This document shows positions 12,124 through 24,401 of a stretch of DNA of 64,000 nt, one piece after another. A model generated the notes under the pieces. It had not been told where the DNA came from. It ran no database searches and worked only from the letters and a program-made list of their open reading frames with translations. Made by a program: the position numbers and the translations under genes. Source of the stretch: Sphaerodactylus townsendi. Lineage: Eukaryota. The DNA lies in assembly GCF_021028975.2 (NCBI RefSeq), contig NC_059425.1, positions 139,624,001 to 139,688,000 of the forward strand, in the 5' to 3' direction. Each line of letters opens with the position of its first letter. The stretch's first letter is position 1.

Positions 12124-13590
12124 CTTATCTCGTTTGTTTCTCTTATCTTTATTCTTTTTACGTCACACCTCCGCTTCTATATATCATCCCCTGCTCTCCG
12201 CTGCATCTCTTTTCCGTATTTATTAGCTTTAGTGAGGGTTTTTTACTCACTTCGTTCCACCTTCAGTGTTTTTCTTTGGTTAACTGGCTTTCACTTTCTC
12301 TCCTTGTTCTCTTCTATCAGGATACTTTAATACGATCATTCATTAAGTCCATATGTTATTTCAATCCATTCCGTTCCATTCCGTTCCTCCACTTCCTGTT
12401 TACTTTTCTCCTTTCCTTTCCGCTTTTCTACCGGAAGGACTCCTTTGCACTCTGGGGAATTCCCCCCTCCTCCACTTTTGGACTGATTCATTTAAAGCGG
12501 CCACTTTGAAATTTATTTTTCCATCCACTTTCTATTTCTTTTCCTTAACCGCTATGTTTTCAGTTAACACTTACGTTCCCTTTTTCTTAAGGCTCTGTGT
12601 CTTTGCAATTTTGTGTCTTAGGCTGCGAGGTCCGGTCGGGACGATCAAGGGTCTCCTTTGGTTTCTACAGCGTCTAAGCCTCTCGCGCCCGTTCAGTTTC
12701 CTCCAGCCGTTTCTGCAACACGTATTTCGAATGTAAGTTGTTTATTGTCTTACTTTTAGTTAGAGTGTTTTCGTCTTTTTCACTCTTTACTTCTGTTTTC
12801 ATTGAACAATCGGGTGTGGCCGTGCCTAATCAGGTTTCTCTGCTACCTTCTGTATATTTCTCGCTGTTGAAAACAGCCTCGCCTCCTTCACTGTTTCACT
12901 TACAGCTCGCAGCCACTGAGTTTTCTTCTGTCTTCTTCTTTATAGAATCCACTCTTCCCATCCAGAGTGGAATTCCCCCCGTTTCTTTCAGGGGATATTT
13001 GAGAAATTTTTTAGATATCTCTCTGCTATGTTAAGAGACGTGCGGCAGCGGCCATTACCCAACCGGAAGTCAAAAAAATACTAGTGTTTGATACAATGAT
13101 TTTGGGAATTAATGTCAACCCTGACAGGATAAAATGAAAAGAAGTAAAAAGACCCTTCAAATCATGAAGCTTGGTATGCAATGAGGCAGGGAAGAGACAT
13201 AGCAGAATTTTTTCAGTGATAAGGAAAAGCTGATAACAGAAATTTAGCAATGCAAATCCATATTAGCAACGCCAACCCTTGACCACATTCTTGGTCCTTT
13301 GATAGCCACGGATATGCAGCTTGCTTGTATGTTTTCCATCAAAGCCTTGCTGATCTATTTTTCTGAGTTTCAGCAGCTCCTTTTCCTGGCATATTTAAGA
13401 CCTCAGTTTTTCACTGGCCTCTCCATATGTATTCCGTCTTGCAATCACTGAGTTCCACTGAGCACAAGGGGATTCACTTCAGAGTCAACATGCAAAATAT
13501 CAAATTGTAATCTTCTGTACCTCTGTTTCAAATTAAGCATTCATAGATGGAGAGATGAATGGAATCATATTTACTTGAGTAAGCCTTGCA

Positions 13591-13750
13591 GTAGGGTTGC
13601 CAGTTCCCTCCACTCAGCCTCCAGCAGATCCAGGTTGGGAAACTCTTGGAGATTTGGGGATGGAGCTGGGGAGGACAGGGCCCATAGGGACCATTCTCAA
13701 AAGCACCCACTTTCTCCAGGTGAACTGACAACTGTAGTTTGGAGATGAGG
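13591..13750. mobile_element. Short MITE-like repeat with TAGGGTTGCCA terminus (second copy about 49700-49910)
   Basis: Similar sequence at both loci (ttgccag/tgccaa...cattttctcc...ggagat). Confidence 0.45.
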
Positions 13751-14214
13751 TGTGTAACAAGGTCTCTTAGGTACCGGGTGAGGGAGAGATATTATCCCAC
13801 CACTAGCCACCAATCGTAATGGGACGGGTGGCCTACAGTCAAGGTTCCCACTAAACTGACCAGTGGGGTTTCCCTGGCCACCCAAAATATCCCAGGCTAG
13901 TGTTCAGGGATCTTCTTTTTACTCTGCTGCCACCATTAAGAGAAGGAACTAAGAATCCCAAAACTGCTGCTGGCTGCCAAATATATAAAGGATCTCACCT
14001 CACATTCGCTCTTGGTCTGAGGGGAATGTCCTTCAGAGTCCCATATACAAAAATGGAGGGAACTAAAAATTGGCTGGGGTTCTAGCTTCTCAGACAGGCA
14101 CTCTTCAACCTCTCACACACAAATGCAGGCTGGCATGAGGGTAACTTGAACACAACGAACGACATTTATTTTGAAAACAAAAGAAAAGCTTCTTAAACTG
14201 GCTCAAAGAGGTAC

Positions 14215-14650
14215 ATTGGGAAAAAATGGGGGATGGGGCACCTCCTTTGGGAGTCCATAGCTTTGGTCCCCCTGGACCAAACTTCACCAAACCTGGATGG
14301 TATCAGCAGGAGACTATCCTGATGATACCAGCTAGGTTTAATGAAGTTTGATTCAGGGAGTCCAAAGATATGGACCCTCAAAAGGGTAGCCCCATCTACT
14401 AATAGCTCCCATTGGAAACAATGGGGGATGGGGGCACCCTTATGGGGGTCCATAACTTTGGACCCCCTGAACCAAACTTTACCAAACTTGGCTGGTATCA
14501 TCAGGAATATCACCTGACAATAGCCTGAAATGTTTGTGCCTCTAGCCTAAAAACTGCGCCTCCTGCAGGCCACAAACCAAAAAAAACACTTTAAAATTTA
14601 AAAAACCCACAAACGGGGGGCGGAGCTTCGGACATGCAATCTGCGGGTTT
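14215..14650. repeat. Tandem modules from the interior of a hAT non-autonomous element (same modules as 41964-42901)
   Basis: Repeated ctcccattggaaacaatggggg...gggagtccataactttgg...accaaacttgg units shared with 42100-42790. Confidence 0.7.
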
Positions 14651-16302
14651 TGAACCTGAGGGGAAAAAAACCCTTATCTATGTCCTTGGCCACAGATCAG
14701 GCTGAAAATATGCAGTCATAGTCAGGATTGATTGGGAATAAGTCTCACTGAACTCAGATGCATATTATGAGATTGGGACAATGGGTTCAAATTACACAAC
14801 CAAGAGCCTCTCACCAGTATAAGGGTGGAACAAGCTTCTCCACTTTCCCCAGAAGGGACCATTAGGGCAAGAAACCAAGCTCCTATTGAACTCCAGAATG
14901 AAGAATGGGACTAGAACTGATAAGCTCCTATAACAGGGTGAAAGTGGTAGCTGGAGAAAACTAATGAAGTAGGGTTGCTGAGCAAGAGCTGGCACCTCTG
15001 CCAATCTTGTTTTCTCCAAACACTTCATCCCACATCCCACAGGCTCCTGACAAAGGGTTTTTGGGTGTTTTGAGTAGCTCTTTCTTCTGCAACAAGGCCA
15101 AGCACAGACAACAGCTAGCTGTGGAAAAACAAGGCAGCACAAGAGCTAACTGGTTGCTGCATGAGTGTAGCAATGACTGATCATGGGGAAGACAAGTGAT
15201 CCCTGAATGCTGTGGGAGCTGCAATCGATGGTTGCTCACAAACAATATTTCACCCATAGCCAAGCTGCATAGCCAAGCTGCATAGCCAATGATTCATTTA
15301 CACAGCCATTGACCATATATGATCCCCATTTTCTTAGAAAAATTCAAATATCAGACCAGGTAATAGAAGCAGCACTGGAGTGCAACATTTTTTCCCTTAG
15401 CTCTGCCAATTGCAAGTTAATTTTTAAATAAAGTATGCCAAACACTTTCAAAGGTGACAGTGTTTGTTATAGAATGTATTCAAACACAATGCACTGAATC
15501 CCATTTTGATTTGGCCACATTTCATAACGACTTTGCTAGGTACTCCATCCTACAGACTCATGGCAGGCTGTTATTAGCTATCCACTTCCAAAGAAATAGT
15601 CTGCCTGCAAACTTTCAGGAAGACAGTTTGGTAAATAGAACAGGGCAAGAGGGAGTTCTGAGGAAACACTGTGACCATTAGATTGCGGAAAAATACTAGC
15701 TGGTTTTCCCCACTTCAGTCTCCAAACGATTATAGGAGAAGGTTGAACATGTATCATTACTTCTAGCTGCTTGGAATTCCTATCAGTATTTACTTTTATT
15801 CATTTGATTTGATTTAATACCTCACCTTCTTTGACCTAAGCAGGGCTCAGGGCAGCTAACAGGCATGGTTTTAAAACAGTCATAAAAACAGTAATGCAAA
15901 TAATTAATGATTTGAAAACATTTTAACCTATCAGTTTTTCAGACGGCAATTTAAAAACAATTTCAGTGCTCATATAACAAATCCCATTTTCATCCCAATG
16001 TTGTAAATCCTATTCAGGCAAAAGAGGAGGGGTACAATCTCAGGGGCCAGCATGATTCATAATAGTTTCAGTTGTATGCTTGGCAAAACATCTGTTTTAC
16101 ACTCTGATGTCCACTGATAACAAATTCCACCAATAAAGGCCCTGGCTCTACTGGGAGCTAGCTGTATGTCTTAGGGCTGGGGATCATCAAAAAGTTGCTG
16201 TTGGAGGACTAAAGAGACTTCCATGGTCGGTATGGGAAAATGCAATCCCGAAGGTATGATGGTTCCCGTCTGCTCAAGGCCTTTAAGGTCTGCTCAAGGC
16301 TA

Positions 16303-16435
16303 GTCACAGCTTTCTGGAGCTCTCTCAGCCCCACCCACCTCACAGGGTGTTTGTTGTGAGGGGGGAAGGACAAGGAGATTGTAAGCCCCTTTGAGTCTCC
16401 TACAGGAGAGAAAAGGGGGATATAAATCCAAACTA
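16303..16435 (+). mobile_element. SINE 3' part (Squam3-like)
   Basis: ctctctcagccccacccacctcacagggtgtttgttgtgaggggg is the reverse complement of the 63320-63375 copy. Confidence 0.7.
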
Positions 16436-16630
16436 NNNNNNNNNNNNNNNNNNNNNNNNNNNNNNNNNNNNNNNNNNNNNNNNNNNNNNNNNNNNNNNNN
16501 NNNNNNNNNNNNNNNNNNNNNNNNNNNNNNNNNNNNNNNNNNNNNNNNNNNNNNNNNNNNNNNNNNNNNNNNNNNNNNNNNNNNNNNNNNNNNNNNNNNN
16601 NNNNNNNNNNNNNNNNNNNNNNNNNNNNNN
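16436..16630. other. Assembly gap
   Basis: Run of N. Confidence 1.
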
Positions 16631-18698
16631 TGAAAATGATCCAGAGTTCAACTGGTATCAGTGCAGGTGGTAGAGATCAGGTCTTATATGCTCCTTTAGC
16701 AGAGTCCCAGTGAGTAATCTTGCTGCTGCATTCTGGGTCAACTGCAGTTTCCAGAGCAACCTCAAGGACATTCCAACATAAAGTGAATTGCAGTAATCTT
16801 GCTGGAGGTGTCCGTTGCATGGATCACTGTGGCAAGGTCACAGCCAGACAGATAAGGGGCCAACAGTTTGACCTAGTGAAGATGGGAAAAGGCCAGTTCG
16901 GCCATGTGTGCAGACTGGCCACCATAGACAGAGAGGACTTCAGGATCACACCCAGGCTTTTGGTGGAAGAGTCAGATGTTAAAGCATCACCATCCAAATG
17001 TGCTTAGGTGTACCTTGCCCCAGCCCAAAGCTCTGAACCCGCTGTGCCAGGAGTCACATATAGATGTTAAATAATGGCAAGGCAGTGGGCCAAGAGATCA
17101 TAATTGACCATGTCACATGCTTCAGTGAAATCTAAGAGCACCAGTAGACTAACCATGATGGTGTCTGTGATGGTGACCAGCACGATCTCCATCACATGGC
17201 CAGGATGAAAGCTGGACTGGAATGGGTCCAAGGCTGATGTGTCATCCAAAAATGCCTGCAGTTAGTCAGGCACCGCTCTTTCAACTACTTTTCCAAGAAA
17301 AGGTACTTTCGAAACAGGGTGGTAGTTGGATGGATCCAAAGGATCCAGAGATAGTTTCTTTAAGAGCAGTTGTACCACCACCTCCTTTAAACTCACTGGG
17401 AAAACTCCCTGATGGAGGGAGAGATTGATTATTTCCAACAGCGGGCTGCACCTTGTCACCACCAGCCTTCATCAGCCAGGATGGGCAGAGTTAAGGGAGC
17501 AGGTGGTAGGCTACACAGCTAATAGCACCTTGTTGACATCAGCTCGGGAGAGCAGGCTGAAATGGTCCAATAATTGACCTGAAGATGGCCAAGGGCCTCA
17601 AAGTTCATTTACTGTTATCAAAGGTTGCCGGGAGATCATGGCAGAGCATCAAGACTTTATCGGCAAAAAAGCTCACAAAAGCCTCACAGCCAGTAACCAA
17701 ATCACTAATCTTTTTTAACCCCATAGGAAGAAATGTTAAGGACCAAGTTAACTTAAACAATTGTGCTGGGCGACGCCTAGCAAATGCAATTGAGGTACCA
17801 TAGAATTGATTCTTCATGGCTTTCACTGCCATCTCATAGGATTTCATAAATGTCCTATAAGATGCTCTTGTAGTTTCATCTTTACACCACCAAACTCACT
17901 CTAGGCATGTCAGCTCTCGTTGCATCACCAATAGCTTCCCAGTGTACCAGGAGTGAGTTAGCCCAAGAATAGAGAGCATGCTAGGGAGCAATAACATCAA
18001 TGGTTTCAGAGAACCGGCCATTCCAGTCTTCCACCAGTTCATCAAGGGAACCATCAGTGGGTCTAGGGTCCCACTGTATTCTGGAAACCAAGTGGATCCA
18101 TGAGTCTCCACAGCCAGGCATAAATGAGCCAATCACCTAAGCAAGAAAGGGCAACAATGCCCACCTTGACCTTCAGGACAAAGTGGTCAGACCATGGTAC
18201 CTCCTCAAATGAAATTAAGTCCACATTTACCCCCATGCCAAAGATCCAATCCAGTGTATATCTTGCTTGGTCTGTGGAATATGTATTAACCAAGGAGAGT
18301 CCCAGGGCTGCCATGGGAGACACTAGGTCTGCTATTTGAATGGATAAGGCTGAGTATATATGAACATTCACATGCCCCAAAACAATAAACTTGGGACACC
18401 TCAAAGCCCACTCTGCCATGATCTCTAGCAATTTTGGCAGGACACCTGTCAGCATACTTGGAGACCAATACACCAGCAGAATGTCCAAATTCCCCACAGC
18501 ATCCCACACCACCCACACAATTAATACCAAAGATTGCTGGGGCAGGGACTGACCTGATGGAGAAAGCCTCCAGGGTGAGCATCACCACTTTCTTCCCCCT
18601 GACCCCTTGTCTGGGACTGGTGAAGGACTAAGAAACCTCGCCTGGAGTCTGTTAAGCCTCCCCTGGGATTAAGGACTCCAGTCATCAACTTTAATCAC

Positions 18699-19156
18699 TG
18701 TAGTCTTGCCCACGAGGCCCCAATGAAGAGACGAGACGCAGAGATTTTATCTGGTGGAGAGAGCCAGCTGCAGGAAGTGCGGGATCCCGTGATCCTGGCA
18801 ACTCTGCCGTGCGCTCGCCCCTCACACCTTTTATTAGGGTTTCAATGGGGGCGTGTAACGGGGTCGGGCAGGCGGGAGAACGGGAGGTCGGGAGATCATC
18901 ATGTGATGCATGATCTCATCGGGCTGCTACGTGCGGGAGGAAGCATCCGTGTCTGGGTCTAATCTTCACCTGAGGGCAGGGGCCCTTTTGTCCCTTTGTA
19001 TGGGACACCTGGTGACCGCGAGTCAGGCAGTTCATGACCCGTGACTCATGGGGGAGCGGGGGTTGGGGGAGCGTGTGCGCCCGGAAGGCCGTAGCCGGCA
19101 CCGGCATGCCTGGCGCTCCTTCTACGGTTCTGCTGGGTTGTGAGCTCACCCCTACA
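18699..19156 (-). repeat. ERV 3' LTR (458 bp)
   Basis: tgtagtcttgcccacg...ctcacccctaca, homologous to 24424-24934; minus-strand AATAAA at 18830-18835. Confidence 0.95.
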
Positions 19157-19170
19157 CCTCCCCGTTTCTT
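19157..19170 (-). promoter_or_regulatory. Polypurine tract
   Basis: AAGAAACGGGGAGG immediately before the 3' LTR. Confidence 0.85.
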
Positions 19171-20713
19171 ATATTGTAGGAAGGCAGCTGAGGTAGTTGG
19201 GGCAATTTAGGGGGATGCTTGCCTCCCCAGGAACTTGCTCAAGCTGGCTGAGTTGTTTGTGCAGCATGAGGACCTGGTTGCAGCGTAGGGGAAAGTCAAA
19301 AGGTTTCTTACAAATGTTGCAAGCGAAAGCAGATACACATTGAACAAGACAAGACCCGACAACAAGGCATACAATCAAACCAATGAAGAATTGTACAATA
19401 GTACTTAACCATCCCCCCGGCAGCCAGCTCCAAAGGGCTGACCACCAGTGAGGTAATACATCATATTTCAGATTAGATACAACATCTTGTAACTCACGCA
19501 CTTTCATATGAATCAAATGAGAATTATCAGAGAGATTAAAACAACACATATTATGTACATTCTCACAGCCTTGGTGATGCAGTAATAACATGTAATCAAT
19601 AGTGGCACGATTATCTAAAGTCGCTTGACGAAGTTCTTGTTGCTCGGAGGCCAGAGCATCCAGAGCGGTGGAGGTGGAATTAATGGACTTTGCAAGGGCA
19701 CAGGCCAGCCGGCCAATAGTCTTAGCGTTATAGGTGGCGAGTCCTGGGACTCCCACAAGGGAGGTCGCGAGGGAGACGTACTCGGCTTTGGAAAGGGCAA
19801 CCGCGTCACTCTGGCAGGAAGGGTTGAGGGAAAGAGCGGAGTGGTGATGGCATTTGGGCTCCCGAGGTGGAGCCTGGGGCAGGACGATGGTAAGGCGGCT
19901 AAGGCAACAAAGAGTCCCGGCGGAGAGGCGAGCGGGGATGTAGTTGAAGGTTCTTTCCCCGCAAGTCCAGAACCAGCCTTTAGGGAGGAAGATGTTCCCA
20001 TATATGGGGGGGAATGTCCTCGACATGCATGCAGTTCCAGTTGGCCGAGCCGGTGACTGGGCTCGGGCCAGTTTCCTGTCCCGCCACATCAGCAATGCGG
20101 GCGCAAGTGTTGGACTTGTGGTTGGCGACGGTTTGGGTGATGAGAGAGAGGGCGCCGGCGGGGAGGGTTTGGACAACGGGTCCCCAGTCGGCGCTCATGG
20201 AGTACCAGATAGACGAGGCGTTCATGAAAGGGCTCAGGCCAGACTCTTCCAGGAAATCTCCAGGGGCTTTGCAGACAGGGAGTAGGCAGGAGCTTAGCAA
20301 GCTTCCCGCTCCGAGATACTGGCCCAGGCAGAAGGATAAGACGTTGGCAGCGGCAGCGAACCGCTCCCAGATGTTGACTTGGTTGATCTCCAAAAGGGGG
20401 TGACCGAGCGTCACCGGCAAGAGGCAGCAAAGCAGGCAGATGATGGTGACTGCGGAGTTTGCAGTGATGATCCCATAAAGATGGCAGCGCCCCAGAGAGA
20501 CCCTCTCCCGGGTGTCTCGGGGCAGCCTTGCTGTTGCAGCAGCTCTCGAGCTTGGCCAGTGTCGTTGCCTTGACGTCTCCCCAAGTCATCTGGGTCTCTC
20601 AAACCCCGTTCTGTAGCACTGGCCGAGGGAGGTTCCGTCGGGGCCGCGGGACCGGATCTTCCAGAGAGATTCGCTCCATCTCCGGGATAGGGTTGGTTTC
20701 CTTCTGGTGCCAT
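19169..20713 (-). pseudogene. env: env: long leader, compact SU and TM; few frameshifts; C-terminal ORF 19169-20176 open
   Basis: TWGDVKA leader; NIWERFA...FCL; LPKGWFWTCGERTFNYIP; Cys-flanked internal fusion peptide; LDNRATIDYMLL ISD; CENVHNMCC (CX6CC); TM anchor. Confidence 0.92.
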
Positions 20714-21720
20714 TCCATGGGTTGGCTGGACATGGCGAGGCTGGAATACACTGGGGACCTGTAGGGAGAGGGATTGAAGCATACCCCCTTCCCCAGGTTA
20801 TGAGGGGGCCGGGCCCTGCCAAGCTTGGTCTTGGCTCAGGTGGGAGTGGGCCTGAGGTCAGGTTCGAATTGTCAGCAATTTCAATTTCAATTCTGCAGGG
20901 GGGGGGCAGGCCATGGAGGCCCCGGAGGCCCCACCTACTCCCCTTTCTTTAATTTGTTTGGACGCATGAGCGGAAGGAGGAGACACGAAGGGGCGAAGCT
21001 GACTCTTATGTGGAGTTGGCTTCAAAAGGCGTCATAAGAATGCGTCCGGGCGATGGTCCGAGAGCCCCCCAACTGAGGGGCAGAGTGGACCATCAGAGGG
21101 ATTGTGGAGTATGCATATCTAATTTGCAGGACAAAAGGACTTTGGGGGTGCGTTCAGAGAAGGGGATGCGTCAGGAGAGCAAGACAATCACACACTCGGG
21201 AGTTGGTCTCTGGGACAAAGGACTGGGGGAGGTTCCACCCTGGGGCAGATATACTTACCCGTGATCTGCGGGAAGGTTGAAGAACCCAGGCATGGCATTC
21301 AGAATTTGGGATCGAATTTGGAGTATCTTGAGAGGAAATGCCGCCATGGCTGAAACCACTCCTTAAAGCCGGTTTAGAAGCATTTAAGCGCCCTGGCCGC
21401 TTTAACATGGTATTGGTAGAGTTGCCAGGCGCTGAATAAGACGCCATGCACCGGGTGATCACAACCCAAACGAGTTGTGAGTAGGTGCAGATGACAGCGG
21501 CTTCCCCTTAGCTTGGGGCCTGTCCTGGCAGTGCTGCGGTACCAGGACGGGCCCAGATTTTAATCCAGGGAGGGCCATTCGGCCAATTGGCCCTCCCGCC
21601 TTTGCTGGTTGAAAAAATAGAACAAAGTGAGAGAGAACGAAGGTGTTCCAGAGCAGGGGCTCTGGGGTGGAGGGAGGAAACACAGGTCAGAGGCTGGGGG
21701 GTAGGGATCTCCAGCATTGT
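20690..21720 (-). pseudogene. pol: Heavily deleted pol remnant (about 1 kb)
   Basis: IPTPQPLT start and integrase C-terminal GPGPLITWGRGYASI; weak WNT, TDAS-like and HIR remnants between; no YxDD or DDE core visible. Confidence 0.7.
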
Positions 21721-21789
21721 GGCCAGCTGCTATCTGCTCTTCTTCTGGGTAGCGGCCATGGTGGGAGTGGATTTGTCCATCCCAGACTA

Positions 21790-22610
21790 GAGTCGTCTTG
21801 ACCCTGACTCATAGAGATCCCTTCCCCCACAAGATTAACATGGATGTCCAAAGCGATGGGAAGCCGGACTGTGAGCTGTCGCTCAAGCCCTGGACTGCGG
21901 ACCCGTGAGCAGGCCCGGGTGCTCCGTCTCGCCGGTCTGCTTCCCCCACCACCCAGATCGCTGCGGGCAAGCCTGGGTTGGCCACTGATCCAGGCCACTT
22001 TCGGCTGCTCTGATGACGGTTACGTTAGGCGCCCGGTGTCCACAGAGGGGTCCCTTGAATGGACACACCCTTCTATAGTAATGAAGCTCCAGGTACGGGC
22101 GGGGAGCTACCCGATGAAGCGTTTCTACCACCGCCGCACTGGTGGTGCGGTTGTGCCCGATGGCGATCTGGGCTCGTAGCCTTTATTATGAGGTCGGCGG
22201 CAGGCAGCAGTGTGGGAGCAGGAGGAATCAGCTGTCGCGCAGCTGGTTCCGGCTATGGAGCAACTCCCTGCGGGATGTTTGTCCACACCTGAATCGTGAG
22301 CGGCTCCTTGGTGGTGTGGAGTGGAAGTGATGACTCCCGGGACGACAAAGCGAAGATCCCTGCTCAGCGGCCGGAGGCTTTGGGCAAGATTAACTTAGCG
22401 GCCTCTGGGGGGGATGGGATGGCCTGCTACTGTGGATTGAACAGCGAGGATCTCATGGGGAACTTGAGAGAAAGAGGTTGGAGTACAGGAGAGATACCGC
22501 TGGGAGGCAGTGGTTTGGAGTTCGGGCCTTGCTGGTTCACCGGGGGCTGGTTTGAAGTATTCTACTCCTCCTTGGTCCCTGGGCTGGGGGGAGGAGAGGC
22601 CGGGTAAGAA
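21790..22610 (-). pseudogene. pro: pro: degenerate dUTPase-like region plus aspartic protease
   Basis: LILPK...VVPGVI...IQVWTN (dUTPase-like); VDTGA.VTVIRAA active site near 22040; VNL.GRDL near 21830. Confidence 0.75.
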
Positions 22611-24213
22611 GTTTCCCGGCGGGCACTTTTCGCTTCTCCAGTGAAAGCCACTCCTGGCATCCGAGGGGCATTTGGTCCCAGGGCTTTCCTAGGGCAGCGC
22701 TTCGTCTCCCCAGGGGAGAACCCCCCTCAGTCGGGATTGTAAGCCCCCACCCGGGCGACCTACAGTCCCTCGAAGTGTCCCCGCTTACGCGCACTTGTCT
22801 TTGGGGCTGCCCGGGTGGGTGGAGAGTGCTGCTTGGCTAGGAGGCTGGCCTGATGGTAGGAGGAAGATCCGATATCCTGGCAAGCCTTAAAGCGTGTCCG
22901 GCCAGTTCGGGGGTCTTCCCTAAACCCGTGATCAGCCCTGCGGCACTGGGAGCGGGCGTTCTCTTTGGCGAGGGGCCATGAGGAGCTTCGTGTTGGCCTG
23001 CGTCGTTGTCGACTTGCCTCTGCAGGGCCTCCTGGAGCCTGTTCAGGGAATTCAGCGTAAGGCTCCACCTGATGTCTTCTGCCGAGCGTTGGAAAAGCTC
23101 TGGGTTGGCTGTCCGGCCTTGAGCGAGGCACTCTTACAAGCATGCCTTTTGAAGCAGTCAAGGAGAGCAGCCTTAAGGGTGGCCTCAGCGGCAGAGACGA
23201 TCTGCGCATCCGGGGAAGAGGCTGAAGCCTTAGCAGCCCATAGAGGCCTGCTTGCGGCAGTATGGAAGTACCACCAAGAGGCTGCCCTCTGCTTATGCCA
23301 TTGTTGGCGGTATTAGCTTTTCCCCAAAACAACATAATTAGCATGAGGTTCAACAGCATGTGAAAAGTGGTTTTCCAGTCCTCCAGGAACGTGCATTACG
23401 TGATTCCATTGTGCTTGACTGCTTTCAGCATGCCTCTCACATAGGGGCTGAGTGATCCCCCGTCCCGTATTGCCTTTCGCGGAGCTCAGTGAAAACGTTA
23501 TAGCCTAATAGGGGCGATACTCAACGACTTCGCTGGACGGCAGCCGTCCTCCCCATGGTCAGTGTAGTGGGCTGGGCAGGCTGGCGAGGAGATCCAGCAT
23601 AAAGATCTTCCGTTAGGGTTTCCTTCCTCACTGCCAGATCGTGGGTAATGCGGCTCTGCTAGAGTTTCTGAAACTTCAGCGCCATTATGTGGCGATGATG
23701 GGCGGAGGTCGCGGTGGCTTCCAGAAGCGGGAGGGGGAAGCCAGAGCAGAAGGCGGAGCAGAAGGAGGAAGGCTGGCAGGGCCGCAAAGAGCCTGGCGGA
23801 GAGAGTTTGGGAAATGGGAGAAAGGACGAGAAGCGTCCCTGCGCTTAGGTGGATAGAGAAAGTTCACGGGCTTGAAATTGGTAGGTGAGAAAGATCAAAG
23901 GAGAGGGAGATCCATGGCAAAGCACACCATGGACCTGCAGGCTGATGGCACGACATAACACTGTCTCCGCGTCAGTAGCAGCGACATCGGTAGCGTGAAG
24001 GCTCTCTGTGCAGAAGTGCGCCCGATGTTTTCCCAGTCCTTAAGATTGAATGTGCCCCCTTTCTGGAGTACCATGGACATTGCCTATCAATCCTCCTCAA
24101 CCAATTCGGCGCAGCTCCCCTCTCTTCACGGAGACCCTGCAGCGTTTTGCTGGCAGCTTTCCAGCTTCGCTAACGTGCTTGTATCCAAAAGCCGTGCTTT
24201 TACAAGCGCCCAT
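22600..24213 (-). pseudogene. gag: Betaretrovirus-like gag (MA, CA, NC), many frameshifts
   Basis: ATG-GGC start; GGTFNLKDWENIG (compare HERV-K MA GTLDLKDWKRIG); SPYVRGMLKA, EPYAEF, ENARSQC, ACQDIG (CA); two zinc-knuckle remnants; GGGAAAC slippery heptamer at 22611-22617. Confidence 0.85.
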
Positions 24214-24401
24214 GCTTATCGGTGGTTAAGATCCAGGCGAGAGAGTGTCCCTAGAACGCGAATCCCTGGATGCGCCCGATCCAGCGGATGGTCGGTACTG
24301 AGGGTGGGTCCCTGGATACGCCGATCAAGCCGGACGAATCGGTACCGAGAAGCCCTTTCCCAAAGGCAGGCGGTAAAGGCACGGCCGGAGGATTCGAGGA
24401 T

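Larger units (their letters stand above)
7150..13071 (-). mobile_element. Full-length L1 LINE (about 5.9 kb), frameshifted
   Basis: TSD AAAAATACTAGTGTTT at 7134-7149 and 13074-13089; 5' end GACTTCCGGTTGGGTAATGGCCGC; ORF1 and ORF2; AATAAA and short A tail near 7150-7166. Confidence 0.95.
15790..18698 (-). mobile_element. Decayed L2 LINE (APE, RT, 3' end), interrupted by a SINE and a gap; its 5' part is the ERV insertion site
   Basis: ILLVYW.P, VLGHVNVH, GHTLD-like YTLDWIF, WSDH, NYHPVSKVPFLGKVVE, LVLLDF motifs. Confidence 0.85.

Noticed and set aside
12016-13034. Hydrophobic plus-strand ORFs resembling membrane proteins
   Set aside because: Antisense reading of the A-rich L1 5' region.
16391-16651. 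ORFs containing X runs (also 34588-34844 and 39970-40359)
   Set aside because: Artefacts of N gaps.
19169-20176. Domesticated syncytin-like gene
   Set aside because: Still inside a complete provirus, furin site lost, upstream frameshifts; no evidence of conservation from sequence alone.
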